Positions 44,974-54,831 of a stretch of 64,000 nt of DNA are shown here, in pieces (within the stretch, counting starts at the first letter, position 1; each line of letters starts with the position of its first letter). The translations under genes were made by a program, and so were the position numbers. The notes under the pieces were generated by a model that worked only from the letters and a program-made list of their open reading frames with translations, did no database searches and had not been told where the DNA came from. Location of the stretch: positions 14,403 to 78,402 of the forward strand of contig JBBQRQ010000010.1 of the NCBI GenBank assembly GCA_038214755.1. Direction: 5' to 3'. Origin of the DNA: Verrucomicrobiota bacterium. Lineage in GTDB: Bacteria > Verrucomicrobiota > Verrucomicrobiia > Limisphaerales > CANJXF01.

Positions 44974-45681
44974 ATGTTCAGGCCGGAACCGAATCCAAAA
45001 CTTCAGCGCGTCGAATATGAGTTGCGGTCGGACGGCGCGCCGCGCGAAACACCCAATAAACTTCGCAGCGGAATTCATAGCCGCGGTTTTTTGCCGCATG
45101 TAAAACGCGAGGGCGCAAGTTATTTCGTCACGTTCAGATTAGCCGACAGTTTGCCCAGAGAAATTTTGTTGGCATTTCAGCAGAAGCGCGCGGAACGAAT
45201 CCGCGCGTTGGGACAGGTGAAGCAACCAACGGACACACTGGAACTCATCGAACGAGATTATCAGCGCGACTTGGAACGTTATCTGGACAAGGGAACCGGT
45301 GAGTGCTGGCTGCGGCAACCGGAAACTGCCGATGTGGTCGCCGCAGCATTGCGCCACTTCGAAGGGGAGCGCTACGAAGTGCGCGCATGGGTCGTCATGC
45401 CCAACCACGTTCACGCTGTGGTTTGGCCCATGTCCAATCATCTGCTCGGAGATATTCTTCATAGCTGGAAACGGTTCACGTCTCGCGAAGCAAATAAAGT
45501 TTTGGCAAGGACGGGCCAGGACTTCTGGCAACGGGAATCGTAAGATCATTGGATTCGCGACGATGAAGAAAAAGCGCGCATCGTTCGTTACATCATAAAT
45601 AATCCCGTCAAAGCAGGCTTGTGTCGCGCGCCCGAAGATTGGCGTTGGAGCAGCGCGTGGCAAAGCGGCGCAGCATCGTAG
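44974..45681 (+). pseudogene. REP-associated tyrosine transposase (RAYT, HUH Y1) with in-frame TAA at 45541
   Basis: RGFLPH, YFVTFRLADSLP, WVVMPNHVH (HUH), WQRES*DHWIRD, RYIINNPVKAGL, WRWSS. Flanked by REP-A doublets. Confidence 0.92.
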
Positions 45682-45811
45682 CGCAGGATTGCATCCTGCC
45701 GTATCGCAGGTTTTGAACCTGCAGCGGTTTCGATGATTCGAGTGGGCCGAGTTTTTCCCACGTCCTGCCGGTTGCAAACCGGCGATACAGCAGGATGCAA
45801 TCCTGCGCTAC
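45678..45811. repeat. REP-A doublet downstream of RAYT
   Basis: GTAGCGCAGGATTGCATCCTGCC ... GCAGGATGCAATCCTGCGCTAC. Its GTAG supplies the natural RAYT stop codon. Confidence 0.9.
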
Positions 45812-45867
45812 GGTTCTGCGAATCCCCTCTTGCGCGAGAAATTCTGTTGCCGTAGTTTTTGCAAATT

Positions 45868-47007
45868 ATGGATGACAATATACCGCCTTCCGGGACTCCG
45901 CCGTTCGCAACTCCACCGTCACCTCCGCCGATCATCGCGCCGCCACCGTCAACGCGCCCTCGAAAAACCGGACGCGGTTGGAAAATTTTTTCACTGCTTT
46001 TGCTGATCGCGCTGGGATTCAGTTTGGTGCGCAACGCGCGCTCCTTTTTCGGCGGATTTGCCCCGTCCGGTCGCGCTGTTCCCCAAGGCGAACAGCGTCT
46101 CGATGAAATCGTACTCGAAGATAATCACTCGAACAAAAAAATCGCGATCATCGAAGTGGAAGGAATCATCGCCAGCTACCCGATGGGGCGAAGCGGACGC
46201 AGCATGGTTGAATCAATCCAGGACCAACTGAAGAGCGCGGCGCATGATCCGAAAGTGCGGGCCGTGGTGCTGAAAATTAATTCTCCCGGCGGCGAAGTGC
46301 TGGCCTCGGATGAGATTTATAATTTGATCCGCGATTTCCAAATCGAAAATAAAAAACCAGTCGTCGCGTCGATGGGATCATTGGCCGCTTCCGGCGGTTA
46401 TTATATTTCCGCGCCGTGCCGCTGGATCGTGGCCAATGAAATGACCATCACCGGCAGCATCGGCGTCATCATGCACGGTTACAATTACCGCGGGCTGATG
46501 GATAAAATTGGGCTGCGTCCCGAAGTTTACAAAAGTGGCAAACACAAAAATATGTTGAGCGGCGATCGCAAGGAAGACGAAATTCCCGACGACGAACGCG
46601 AAATGGTCCAGTCATTGATCATGGAAACCTACGGAAAATTTACCAACGTGGTCGCAACGGGTCGTCGCGAAGCCAATAATTCTAATAAAGGCAAAGGTCA
46701 TTCGCTCGCCTCGGATTGGATTGATTACGCAGACGGCCGGGTCGTTTCTGGAAAGCAGGCGTTGGACCTCGGGCTGATCGATGAACTGGGGAATTTCAGA
46801 AAAGCCGTGGAGCGCGCGGGCGAACTTGGGCACGCCGAAAAAGCCAATTTGATCCACTACGAAGAACCATTTGGTCTGGGAAATCTTTTCAGACTTTTTG
46901 GCAAGACCGAAATGCCTGCGGCAACGATCAAAGTTGATCTCGGCCTTGATTTCCCCAAATTGCAAATCGGCCGTCTTTATTTTATCGCGCCCATTACTTT
47001 GCCTTGA
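45868..47007 (+). CDS. sppA: Signal peptide peptidase SppA (S49)
   Basis: INSPGG, AASGGYYI, TGSIGV, YKSG.HK, ADGRV. Confidence 0.93.
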   Translation: MDDNIPPSGTPPFATPPSPPPIIAPPPSTRPRKTGRGWKIFSLLLLIALGFSLVRNARSFFGGFAPSGRAVPQGEQRLDEIVLEDNHSNKKIAIIEVEGIIASYPMGRSGRSMVESIQDQLKSAAHDPKVRAVVLKINSPGGEVLASDEIYNLIRDFQIENKKPVVASMGSLAASGGYYISAPCRWIVANEMTITGSIGVIMHGYNYRGLMDKIGLRPEVYKSGKHKNMLSGDRKEDEIPDDEREMVQSLIMETYGKFTNVVATGRREANNSNKGKGHSLASDWIDYADGRVVSGKQALDLGLIDELGNFRKAVERAGELGHAEKANLIHYEEPFGLGNLFRLFGKTEMPAATIKVDLGLDFPKLQIGRLYFIAPITLP

Positions 47008-47011
47008 ACGC

Positions 47012-47635
47012 GTGAAAGGGGTCACGGTCATCACCCATCCTCTGGTGCAGCATAATCTCACGCGGCTGCGCGACGAGCGCACCGAGCCGCAGGAATTTCG
47101 CCGCGCCCTTCGCGAGATCGCCGCGCTGATGGTGCATGAAGCCACTCGCTCGTTCGCAGTGAAACCGATCACAGTCAAAACTCCGATCGGCCGCACGCGG
47201 GGTTGCCAACTGCAACGCGAAGTTGTTCTTGTGCCGATTCTGCGGTCGGGATTGGGCATGCTCGATTCCATTTTAGAATTAATTCCGCACGCGCGCGTCG
47301 GGTTCATCGGATTGAAACGCGAAGAAGAAACTTTGCTGGCGACGTCGTACCACAAAAGTTTGCCGGAAGATTTGAGTGACTTTGAAGTGCTCTTGATTGA
47401 TCCGATGCTGGCCACGGGCGGAAGCACCGTCGCAGCGGTCGAGTTGTTGCGCGAACGCAAAGCGAAACATTTGCGAATGGTGAATTTGATCGCCGCTCCC
47501 GAAGGCATTGCCCATGTCCGAAAACATTGCGGCAACTTTCCGATTTTTACGGCAGCGATTGATCGTTGCTTGAATAAAAAAGGCTACATCGTTCCGGGCT
47601 TGGGCGATGCGGGTGATCGCTTGTTTGGGGTTTAG
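47012..47635 (+). CDS. upp: Uracil phosphoribosyltransferase
   Basis: HPLVQH, VPILRSGLGM, DPMLATGGS, YIVPGLGDAGDRLFG. GTG start at 47012. Confidence 0.96.
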   Translation: MKGVTVITHPLVQHNLTRLRDERTEPQEFRRALREIAALMVHEATRSFAVKPITVKTPIGRTRGCQLQREVVLVPILRSGLGMLDSILELIPHARVGFIGLKREEETLLATSYHKSLPEDLSDFEVLLIDPMLATGGSTVAAVELLRERKAKHLRMVNLIAAPEGIAHVRKHCGNFPIFTAAIDRCLNKKGYIVPGLGDAGDRLFGV

Positions 47636-47645
47636 AATTATTCCT

Positions 47646-48779
47646 ATGAATCGGGACAATCTCCTCATCGTGGCCGATAGCGAGCACGACGCGAACATGC
47701 TTTACGCCGTCGGCATGTTTGTGCCGGACCCATTTATTTTTTTGCGCGTGCTCGGCAAATCTCACGTGGTGATGAACGATTTGGAAATCGACCGCGCCCG
47801 AAAACAAGCGGGGCAATGTCGCGTGATTTCCTTGAGTCAATATCAGCGGAAATTAAAACGGCTTGGGAAAAAATCCCCCGGTCTGGCCCAAGTCATTCAT
47901 CTGTTGCTTCGCGAAAAACGACTCAAGAAAGTTTTCGTCCCCAATAATTTCCCACACGGGCTGGCGCGGGAATTGCGCCGCCTGAGAATCAAAATCAAAG
48001 TTCGTGAAGGCGCGTTTTTTCCGCAACGCGAAATTAAAACGGCGGACGAAATAAAAAAAATCAGCGCGGCGCTGATGATGGCGGAAGTCGGTTTGGCCGA
48101 AGGAATCCACGCGATTAAATCCGCAAAAATTTCCGTGAAAGATCGCAAGTTGATTTATCACAACGTGCCGCTCACCTCTGAAAAACTGCGCGCCATTATC
48201 GACGTTGCCATTATTCAGGCAGGCGGATTGGCCAGCCACACCATCGTGGCCGGCGGCAAGCAAGGTTGCGATCCGCATGAGTGTGGTCATGGCCTTTTGC
48301 GCGCCAACGAGCCGATCATTCTCGATGTTTTTCCGCGCTCGCAAAAAACCGGTTACTTCGGGGACATCACGCGCACGGTGGTCAAAGGCCGCGCCAGCGA
48401 AGCGATTCGCAAACTTTATCGCACCGTCGAGCAAGGGCAGAAAATCGCGTTCCAAAAAATTCGGCACAACGCTTCCGGCAAAGAAATTCATGAGGCGATC
48501 CAGAAATTTTTTGAAAGCCAAGGTTACAAAACGGGAAAAAGCAAAGGGCGGATGCGCGGATTTTTTCACGGAACCGGTCACGGACTTGGCCTGGAAATAC
48601 ATGAAGCGCCCAGGATGGGTTCAAGTTCCAATGACGTTTTGAAAACGGGCCACGTGGTGACGGTTGAGCCGGGACTTTACTACCCCGAACTCGGCGGGGT
48701 TCGTTTGGAAGATGTCGCTCACGTCACCGCCACGGGAATGCGTAATCTGACGAAGTTTGAAAAAGCTCTCGAAGTTTAG
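47646..48779 (+). CDS. M24 family Xaa-Pro peptidase
   Basis: ILDVFP..GYFGDITRT, HGTGHGLGLEIHEAP, TVEPGLY, GVRLED. Confidence 0.92.
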   Translation: MNRDNLLIVADSEHDANMLYAVGMFVPDPFIFLRVLGKSHVVMNDLEIDRARKQAGQCRVISLSQYQRKLKRLGKKSPGLAQVIHLLLREKRLKKVFVPNNFPHGLARELRRLRIKIKVREGAFFPQREIKTADEIKKISAALMMAEVGLAEGIHAIKSAKISVKDRKLIYHNVPLTSEKLRAIIDVAIIQAGGLASHTIVAGGKQGCDPHECGHGLLRANEPIILDVFPRSQKTGYFGDITRTVVKGRASEAIRKLYRTVEQGQKIAFQKIRHNASGKEIHEAIQKFFESQGYKTGKSKGRMRGFFHGTGHGLGLEIHEAPRMGSSSNDVLKTGHVVTVEPGLYYPELGGVRLEDVAHVTATGMRNLTKFEKALEV

Positions 48780-48936
48780 AATTCAACTGGTGGCTGGAAG
48801 CTCCCGTAACCGGCACGCAAGATTCGTGCGCTACGTGGCGCAGGCTTCTGCAAGGTTAGGGTGGTTCCCCGCCGCCAGTTTCATCGAACATCTCGGTTGC
48901 AAATGAGTCCAACACGGAGAAATTAGAAATCGAATT

Positions 48937-49845
48937 ATGAAATTTTTGCAAATGAGTAAGCGGGTTTTGTTGTTTGTCGGTGTGAACCTTTTGATCGTTC
49001 TCACCATCTCCATCATCTTGAATCTGCTGGGAGTTCGTGGACGGCTCGGCAATCAAGGTTACTCGGGACTTCTTCTCTTTTGTTTTATCTGGGGCATGGG
49101 CGGCGCATTTATTTCCCTGGCTCTGTCGCGTGTCATGGCCAAGTGGTTCATGGGCGTCAAGGTGATTGATCCGAAGACTTCCGATCCTGACCAGCGCGAA
49201 TTACTCGAATTGGTTTACGGTCTCGCGCAGACGGCGCGGCTTCCCGAGAGACCGCACGTCGGCATTTACGAATCTCCCGAAGTCAACGCGTTCGCCACCG
49301 GCCCGACAAAATCGCGTTCGCTCGTGGCGGTTTCCACCGGCTTGCTCAACTCGATGCGACGCGAAGAAATCGAAGGAGTCCTCGGCCACGAAATCGCTCA
49401 CATCGCCAATGGCGACATGGTGACGATGACACTGCTTCAGGGAGTGATTAACGCGTTCGTTATGTTCCTTGCTCGTGTTCTGGCGTTTGCCGTTTCGCAA
49501 GCGCTTCGTTCCCGCGATAGCCGCGGGAGTTCCTACATGATGCAATATGTTTTCGTGATGCTTTTCGAAGTGGTGTTTTCTCTTTTAGGCATGGTGGTGG
49601 TGGCGTGGTTTTCGCGTTGGCGAGAGTTTCGCGCCGACGCAGGCGGCGCTCGCTACGCTGGAAAAGAGCATATGATTTCTGCATTGCGCGGTTTGCAACG
49701 TTTTCACGAACGCGCGATCGAAGGAAAAAGTTCCCCCGCATTTCAGGCGTTAAAAATTTCCAGCAAACCGGGCGGCATGATGCAATTTTTTTCCACCCAT
49801 CCTCCACTGGAAGAACGAATCGCACGGCTCGAGTTGCTTCGTTAA
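48937..49845 (+). CDS. htpX: Membrane zinc protease HtpX
   Basis: NAFATG, GHEIAHIANGDMVT, SRWREFRAD, STHPPLEERI. Confidence 0.95.
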   Translation: MKFLQMSKRVLLFVGVNLLIVLTISIILNLLGVRGRLGNQGYSGLLLFCFIWGMGGAFISLALSRVMAKWFMGVKVIDPKTSDPDQRELLELVYGLAQTARLPERPHVGIYESPEVNAFATGPTKSRSLVAVSTGLLNSMRREEIEGVLGHEIAHIANGDMVTMTLLQGVINAFVMFLARVLAFAVSQALRSRDSRGSSYMMQYVFVMLFEVVFSLLGMVVVAWFSRWREFRADAGGARYAGKEHMISALRGLQRFHERAIEGKSSPAFQALKISSKPGGMMQFFSTHPPLEERIARLELLR

Positions 49846-49942
49846 TCGGAGACTTATCAGCTGAGCCGATATTCGCGCAAAGCAGCGGTAGTTTTTCATT
49901 TTCATTGCCGGTTGAAAATTCTTTTCCTACGCTCGGCGGCTC

Positions 49943-51280
49943 ATGGATTCGACCGATGCCTTGGATATTGGCCCTCGTAAATATCCTCCCGGCTTCCGCG
50001 CCCGCCGCGGCCTGAATTGGACGGTCGTCGGTTTGATGTACACGAGCTACTACCTCTGCCGTTACAATTTTTCCTACGCGAACAAAGCCATCGCCGACGA
50101 ATTCCATTTCACCAAGTCGGACATGAGCACGATTTTGTCGGCCAACTTCGTCGCCTACGGTTGCGGCCAAATTATCAACGGCTTGCTCACCGACCGCATC
50201 GGCGGCAAACGCGCCATGCTCATCGGGGCGGCCGGAACGGTCACGGTCAATCTGCTTTTCGGCGCAGCTTCCTTCTGGGGATTGCTTTCGCTTTTTACTC
50301 TGCTCTGGAGTTTGAACGGCTACGTGCAAGCGTTCGGCTCGCCGGGTTTTATCAAAATCAATAGCGCCTGGTTCAGTGAAAAACAGCGCGGCACCTTTGC
50401 CGGAATTTTTGGTTTCATGATCAATCTCGGTCGCCTGGTCGCCAATAAACTTCTTCCCGCGCTGCTCGCTGGTTTTACATTTCTCGCGATGTGGCACGTT
50501 CCGCCGCAACATTGGCGCTGGTTGTTTTGGATCCCCGCTGGTGTCGCGACCGTCGTCGCCATCGTCCTCGCTCTCACCGTAAAGGACACGCCGGAAGAAT
50601 GCGGTTATCACAACCAATTCGCCGGTGAAGCAGATCATGCTGACATCGACGTGCGGACCGAACTGAAGATCGTTTTCAAACATATCGTCAGCAACCACGC
50701 TGTCTGGGTGGTGGCGGCTGCCTACGCCTGCACCGGAGCCGTGCGCCAAAGTATCGACCAATGGTTCCCGCGTTTTTTTCAGGAAGTTTACAAACTGGAC
50801 ATGACGGGCGCGAAATTCCAATGGCTCGGTTTTCTCATCCCGTTTGTGGCGTCGGCCGGTTCGCTTCTTTCAGGTTGGATTTCCGACCGGTTTTTTCATT
50901 CGCGACGCGCTCCCGTCGCGGCGGGAATTTATTTCATCGAAGTGTTTGTTCTGCTCATCGCTTCGCAGGTGCATACCGTGAACCTCGCGCTACTTTTTTT
51001 TGTGCTGGTTTCATTCACCGTCAACTCAACCCATTCCCTCCTCGGCCCAGCGGCGGCGATGGACATCGGCGGGCGCAAAATGGCCGCTTTCGCCTCCGGT
51101 TGCATCGACGCCTGTCAATATTTCGGAGCGGCGCTGGCCATCAAAGGGCTTGGCTATGTTTTGGACCACAAAGGTTGGAACTATTATTTTTATTACATGA
51201 TTCCATTTGCCATCCTCGGCGCCATTTTAATGTATTCCATCGCCCATCGGCACAGTTTGAAAAAAGCGCCTGCGCATTGA
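49943..51280 (+). CDS. MFS transporter (GlpT/UhpT-like)
   Basis: YYLCRYNFS, GLLTDRIGGKR, GWISDRFFHSRR and about 12 TM segments. Confidence 0.88.
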   Translation: MDSTDALDIGPRKYPPGFRARRGLNWTVVGLMYTSYYLCRYNFSYANKAIADEFHFTKSDMSTILSANFVAYGCGQIINGLLTDRIGGKRAMLIGAAGTVTVNLLFGAASFWGLLSLFTLLWSLNGYVQAFGSPGFIKINSAWFSEKQRGTFAGIFGFMINLGRLVANKLLPALLAGFTFLAMWHVPPQHWRWLFWIPAGVATVVAIVLALTVKDTPEECGYHNQFAGEADHADIDVRTELKIVFKHIVSNHAVWVVAAAYACTGAVRQSIDQWFPRFFQEVYKLDMTGAKFQWLGFLIPFVASAGSLLSGWISDRFFHSRRAPVAAGIYFIEVFVLLIASQVHTVNLALLFFVLVSFTVNSTHSLLGPAAAMDIGGRKMAAFASGCIDACQYFGAALAIKGLGYVLDHKGWNYYFYYMIPFAILGAILMYSIAHRHSLKKAPAH

Positions 51281-51384
51281 GGTTCCGAAAAAAGCCGCTT
51301 TTGCCGCCGATCTTCGAGTGGATTTTTCCGAGTTAGATTTCAGAAGGCCGTTGCTTTCACCGTCCTCTGGAATACAATTCCAAC

Positions 51385-51591
51385 ATGACGACAAAAGCTT
51401 CTGCTGCAAGTGGCGTGGATAAACAGGAAGCGAAATACCGCGACTTGATTGACGATAGCTTGCGGCAATTTAAAGAAATTCAAAAAGAAATTCGCCGCAG
51501 TCAGGCAAAGGCCGAACGCCTTCGCGCTTCATCGCATCGCACTATGAGCGATACCTGGGAGGTCTTGCGACGTGTGGAAGCAACTCTTTGA
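51385..51591 (+). CDS. Small hypothetical coiled-coil protein
   Basis: 68-aa ORF overlapping the next ORF. Confidence 0.55.
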   Translation: MTTKASAASGVDKQEAKYRDLIDDSLRQFKEIQKEIRRSQAKAERLRASSHRTMSDTWEVLRRVEATL

Positions 51592-51833
51592 AATATTTCG
51601 CGGCACGCTGTTTCTGGCGCGGGACGTGAGCGAACTGCGCAGTGAAGTCACGCAACTTCGCGAGGAGATGAATGACGTGCAACGCGCCCTCAATCAGCTT
51701 GCTCACAACTTTGAACTCTTAAGCGAAACGCGAACGGCTGGAACGCGAGAAGCATCTCTTGCAACTTGAAAATGCGATTCTCCGGCTCGAACGCCAATTG
51801 CCCAGGGCCACGCAGACTAAGGAGCGGAACTGA
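51572..51833 (+). pseudogene. Small coiled-coil protein with +1 frameshift near 51725
   Basis: MWKQLFEIF...NFELLSE / RERLEREKHLLQLENAILRLERQLP...*. Confidence 0.55.
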
Positions 51834-51913
51834 ACCGAGCCGACATGCACGACCGAACACCCGCTTTCTTCTCCGCCAATTCATGCTACTTTTGCGCTGA
51901 CCAAATTTAAGAA

Positions 51914-52063
51914 TTGAAAGCGCTCCTCTCGAATCACCAACGCACCGAACGGGTTTCCTCATTGGCCTCGAACTTAAATCGCGCTCCACTTTCGATGTCC
52001 GCGATTCTCTGGATGAATTAAATGAACTCGCCACTAGCGCAGGCGCGGAAGTCATCGGCGATG
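51914..52063 (+). pseudogene. hflX: hflX 5' fragment
   Basis: (M)KALLSNHQRTER/VFLIGLELKSRSTFDVRDSLDELNELATSAGAEVIGDG matches the HflX N-terminus (SL.EL..LA..AGA.V), with one frameshift. Confidence 0.75.
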
Positions 52064-52284
52064 GACATCGGCGGGCGCAAAATGGCCGCGTTTGCCTCCG
52101 GTTGCATCGACGCCTGTCAATATTTCGGAGCGGCACTGGCCATCAAAGGGTTGGGCGACGTTTTGGACCACAAAGGTTGGAACTATTATTTTTATTACAT
52201 GATTCCATTTGCCATCCTCGGCGCCATTTTAATGTATTCCATCGCCCATCGGCACAGTTTGAAAAAAGCGCCTGCGCATTGAGG
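52056..52284 (+). pseudogene. Second copy of the MFS gene 3' end
   Basis: Direct repeat of 51054-51282 (offset 1002). Seven differences counted by eye, mostly synonymous. Confidence 0.92.
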
Positions 52285-52361
52285 GTCAGCAAAAAACCTC
52301 TTTTCGCTACCGCAAAAAATCCGCGGACTGGAAGGTCGCGTGGTTTGTTCCCCGGTGAAAC

Positions 52362-53117
52362 TTAGGAGTTAGCCAGCACATTGATTTGGCTGGCGGCGTA
52401 GCCCGCGCCAAAACCGTTATCAATATTCACCACCGTCACGCCGCTGCCGCAACTGTTCAACATTCCAAGCAACGCGGCCAGCCCGCCGAAACTTGCGCCA
52501 TAACCCACGCTCGTCGGCACGGCGATCACCGGTTTAGAAATCAATCCCGCCACCACACTCGGCAGCGCGCCTTCCATTCCGGCGACGACGATGACGACGT
52601 TGGCTTGCCGGATAATTTCCATCTTGCCTAAGAGCCGATGCAATCCCGCCACGCCGACATCGACAATTCTTTCAACCTTGTTTCCCATGATTTGCGCGGT
52701 GACGGCCGCTTCTTCCGCCACTGGCAAATCACTCGTGCCCGCGCAAACGACCGCGATAATTCCGGGGCGTTGTGTTTGAGAAGTTTTTTCGACGGTCACG
52801 CAGCGGGCCATCTTGTGATGAACCGCAATCTTAAATTTCCGTTTCAACTCTTTCGCGTGCTCGGGTGTCACGCGGGTTACCAGCAAACGTTTTTCGCGTG
52901 AAAAAATTTCCGCGGCAATTTGTGCAACTTGTCGCGGAGTTTTCCCCGCCGCGAAAATTACCTCGGGAAAACCTTTTCGCAGTGCGCGGTGGATATCGAC
53001 TTCCGCAAACCCGAGGTCAACCACGGGCGCGCCCTGAAAAACCTGCAGCACTTTTTCCAGCGAAATTTTTCCGGCGCGAAATTTTTTCAGAAGTTCAGCG
53101 GCATCGGTCGTCGTCAC
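52362..53117 (-). CDS. larB: Nickel-pincer cofactor biosynthesis protein LarB (AIR carboxylase-like)
   Basis: HRALRKGFPEVIF, AGTSDLPVAEEA, DVGVAGLHR, AGMEGALPS, PTSVGYG, VNIDNGFGA. Confidence 0.93.
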   Translation of the reverse strand: MTTTDAAELLKKFRAGKISLEKVLQVFQGAPVVDLGFAEVDIHRALRKGFPEVIFAAGKTPRQVAQIAAEIFSREKRLLVTRVTPEHAKELKRKFKIAVHHKMARCVTVEKTSQTQRPGIIAVVCAGTSDLPVAEEAAVTAQIMGNKVERIVDVGVAGLHRLLGKMEIIRQANVVIVVAGMEGALPSVVAGLISKPVIAVPTSVGYGASFGGLAALLGMLNSCGSGVTVVNIDNGFGAGYAASQINVLANS

Positions 53118-53172
53118 GCGCGCACGATGCCATGAAGGATTTTGCCGGTCACGCTGGAAAATATTCACGTGT

Positions 53173-53294
53173 GGACTGCGGCGGCATGACGCCGCCTTTC
53201 CTTCGCGTTTCACCAGAGACAAAAATCCGGAATTTGGATGGCGCTCCACCCTGATTCAAAGTGTAGGAAAAGCGGGAGCATGTCCCCGCACTCC
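53173..53294. repeat. Degenerate REP-B-like doublet
   Basis: GGACTGCGGCGGCATGACGCCGC ... AAAGCGGGAGCATGTCCCCGCACTCC. Confidence 0.65.
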
Positions 53295-53355
53295 AAAGTT
53301 TGCCATCGAACCTTTCTTGTTTTGCAGGAATGGCGCGTATAATGGGCCGACCGCC

Positions 53356-54471
53356 ATGAGAATTTTTCTGCAAACCGTTTTGGCCGCCGGATTTTATTTC
53401 ACCGTGGCAAACGCACGCAGCCAGGCCCCGGTTATCGTCGCCACGAATTCAACGATTCGTGTAATGGCTGCCAATTTAACCAGCGGAAATTTTCAACGTT
53501 ACGAAGGTCCCGGCCTGAATATTTTGAAAGGATTGCAGCCCGACATTGTGGCCGTGCAGGAATTTAATTATGCGAGCACGAACGGACTTGGAATCAATAC
53601 TGCCGCCGCGTTTCGTGAAATGATTGACGGAACTTTCGGAACCAACTTTGTTTACTTTCGCGAAAGTGGAAAAACTATTCCCAACGGAATCATTAGCCGT
53701 TTTCCTGTTTTAACCAACGGTATCTGGGACGACCCTCAACTGACTGACCGCGAATTCGTTTGGGCAAAACTCGATCTTCCCGGCACCAATGAGATTTACA
53801 TCGTCAGCGTTCATTTGCACAGCAGTGGCGGCGCAAGCTCGCGCTCCATCGAAGCAACTACGCTGACCAATATGATTCAAAGCACGTTCCCTCCGAATTC
53901 ATTTGTGATTCTGGCAGGAGATTTCAACACCGATTCGAGAACAGAGGCAGCCATCACCAAGTTCACTTCGATTTTGAGCGATACGCCGATTCCGACCGAC
54001 GCGATCGCGGGAGGTGACCCTGACACGAATCTAGGTCGCACCAAACCGTATGATTATGTTTTGCCGAGTTTCTCGTTGGCGAGCAACCGTGTGTCGACCG
54101 TGATCGGTTCACAAACATTTCCAAACGGATTGGTTTTTGATTCGAGAATTTACACGCCATTGAGTGAAGTGCCTCCTGTGGTTTCGACTGATTCCGGCGC
54201 GACCGGAATGCAGCACATGGGCGTGGTGAAAGATTTTCGAATCAATTACACGGTCACCAATTTCGTGACCGTTCCTCCTCCGGTTTTAGCTTTGGCTTCG
54301 ACCAACATTCTCCGCTGGCAGGGACTGAGCAACGTGACATATTCCGTTCAGGCCAGCACGAACCTGTCGAACTTTTTGGCGGTGGGCACGGCAACTTCCA
54401 CGACAACAAATTTGGTTTTCACAAATCAAACCAGCGGCGCACAACGTTTCTTCCGCGTGGTTTATCCGTAA
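53356..54471 (+). CDS. Secreted endonuclease/exonuclease/phosphatase (EEP) family protein
   Basis: Signal peptide, PDIVAVQEFN, SVHL, AGDFN, YDYV and C-terminal FFRV. Confidence 0.85.
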   Translation: MRIFLQTVLAAGFYFTVANARSQAPVIVATNSTIRVMAANLTSGNFQRYEGPGLNILKGLQPDIVAVQEFNYASTNGLGINTAAAFREMIDGTFGTNFVYFRESGKTIPNGIISRFPVLTNGIWDDPQLTDREFVWAKLDLPGTNEIYIVSVHLHSSGGASSRSIEATTLTNMIQSTFPPNSFVILAGDFNTDSRTEAAITKFTSILSDTPIPTDAIAGGDPDTNLGRTKPYDYVLPSFSLASNRVSTVIGSQTFPNGLVFDSRIYTPLSEVPPVVSTDSGATGMQHMGVVKDFRINYTVTNFVTVPPPVLALASTNILRWQGLSNVTYSVQASTNLSNFLAVGTATSTTTNLVFTNQTSGAQRFFRVVYP

Positions 54472-54476
54472 ATTCC

Positions 54477-54770
54477 TCACGAGTTCTTCGGAACCAGGAA
54501 CGCCGCCTTGTGCTTGATGTTTTCGTCCAGCGTCGCCCATTGCATTCCGTGCCGCTCGTCCAAGCTTGCCCGATAGAAGTCTGTTGTCTTCGATCCCGAG
54601 GTGGATTTTTGTCCCTCCAGCGCGCGCCTGTTGCACGGAACAAACCGCGGGTCTATTTCGCCAAAAAAAATCCTGGAGCCTTTCGCGCGCTCTGTCCAAC
54701 TCAGCGCCGTGCGCAGCGACAGAAACCCGCAAGAATCCCAGTTCAGTGATCGGGCAGACCCCAATTCTTT
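54477..54770 (-). pseudogene. Degraded PIN-domain (VapC-like) gene
   Basis: VCPITELGFLRVS...ARERLQDFF, a frameshift in a T8 run near 54663-54670, then TTDFY...HGMQWATLDENIKH. The 5' part is missing. Confidence 0.6.
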
Positions 54771-54831
54771 GCCGTATTTACAACGGTTTGATGAAATCGA
54801 ATATGCGTAATTTTGTGAAGGATTATTTCAC

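Noticed and set aside
45541..45543. Programmed readthrough or recoding of the RAYT stop
   Set aside because: TAA is an ordinary stop throughout the window. A point mutation or base-call error is simpler.
51054..52284. Diversity-generating retroelement TR/VR pair
   Set aside because: Differences are not adenine-specific, and there is no reverse transcriptase in the window.
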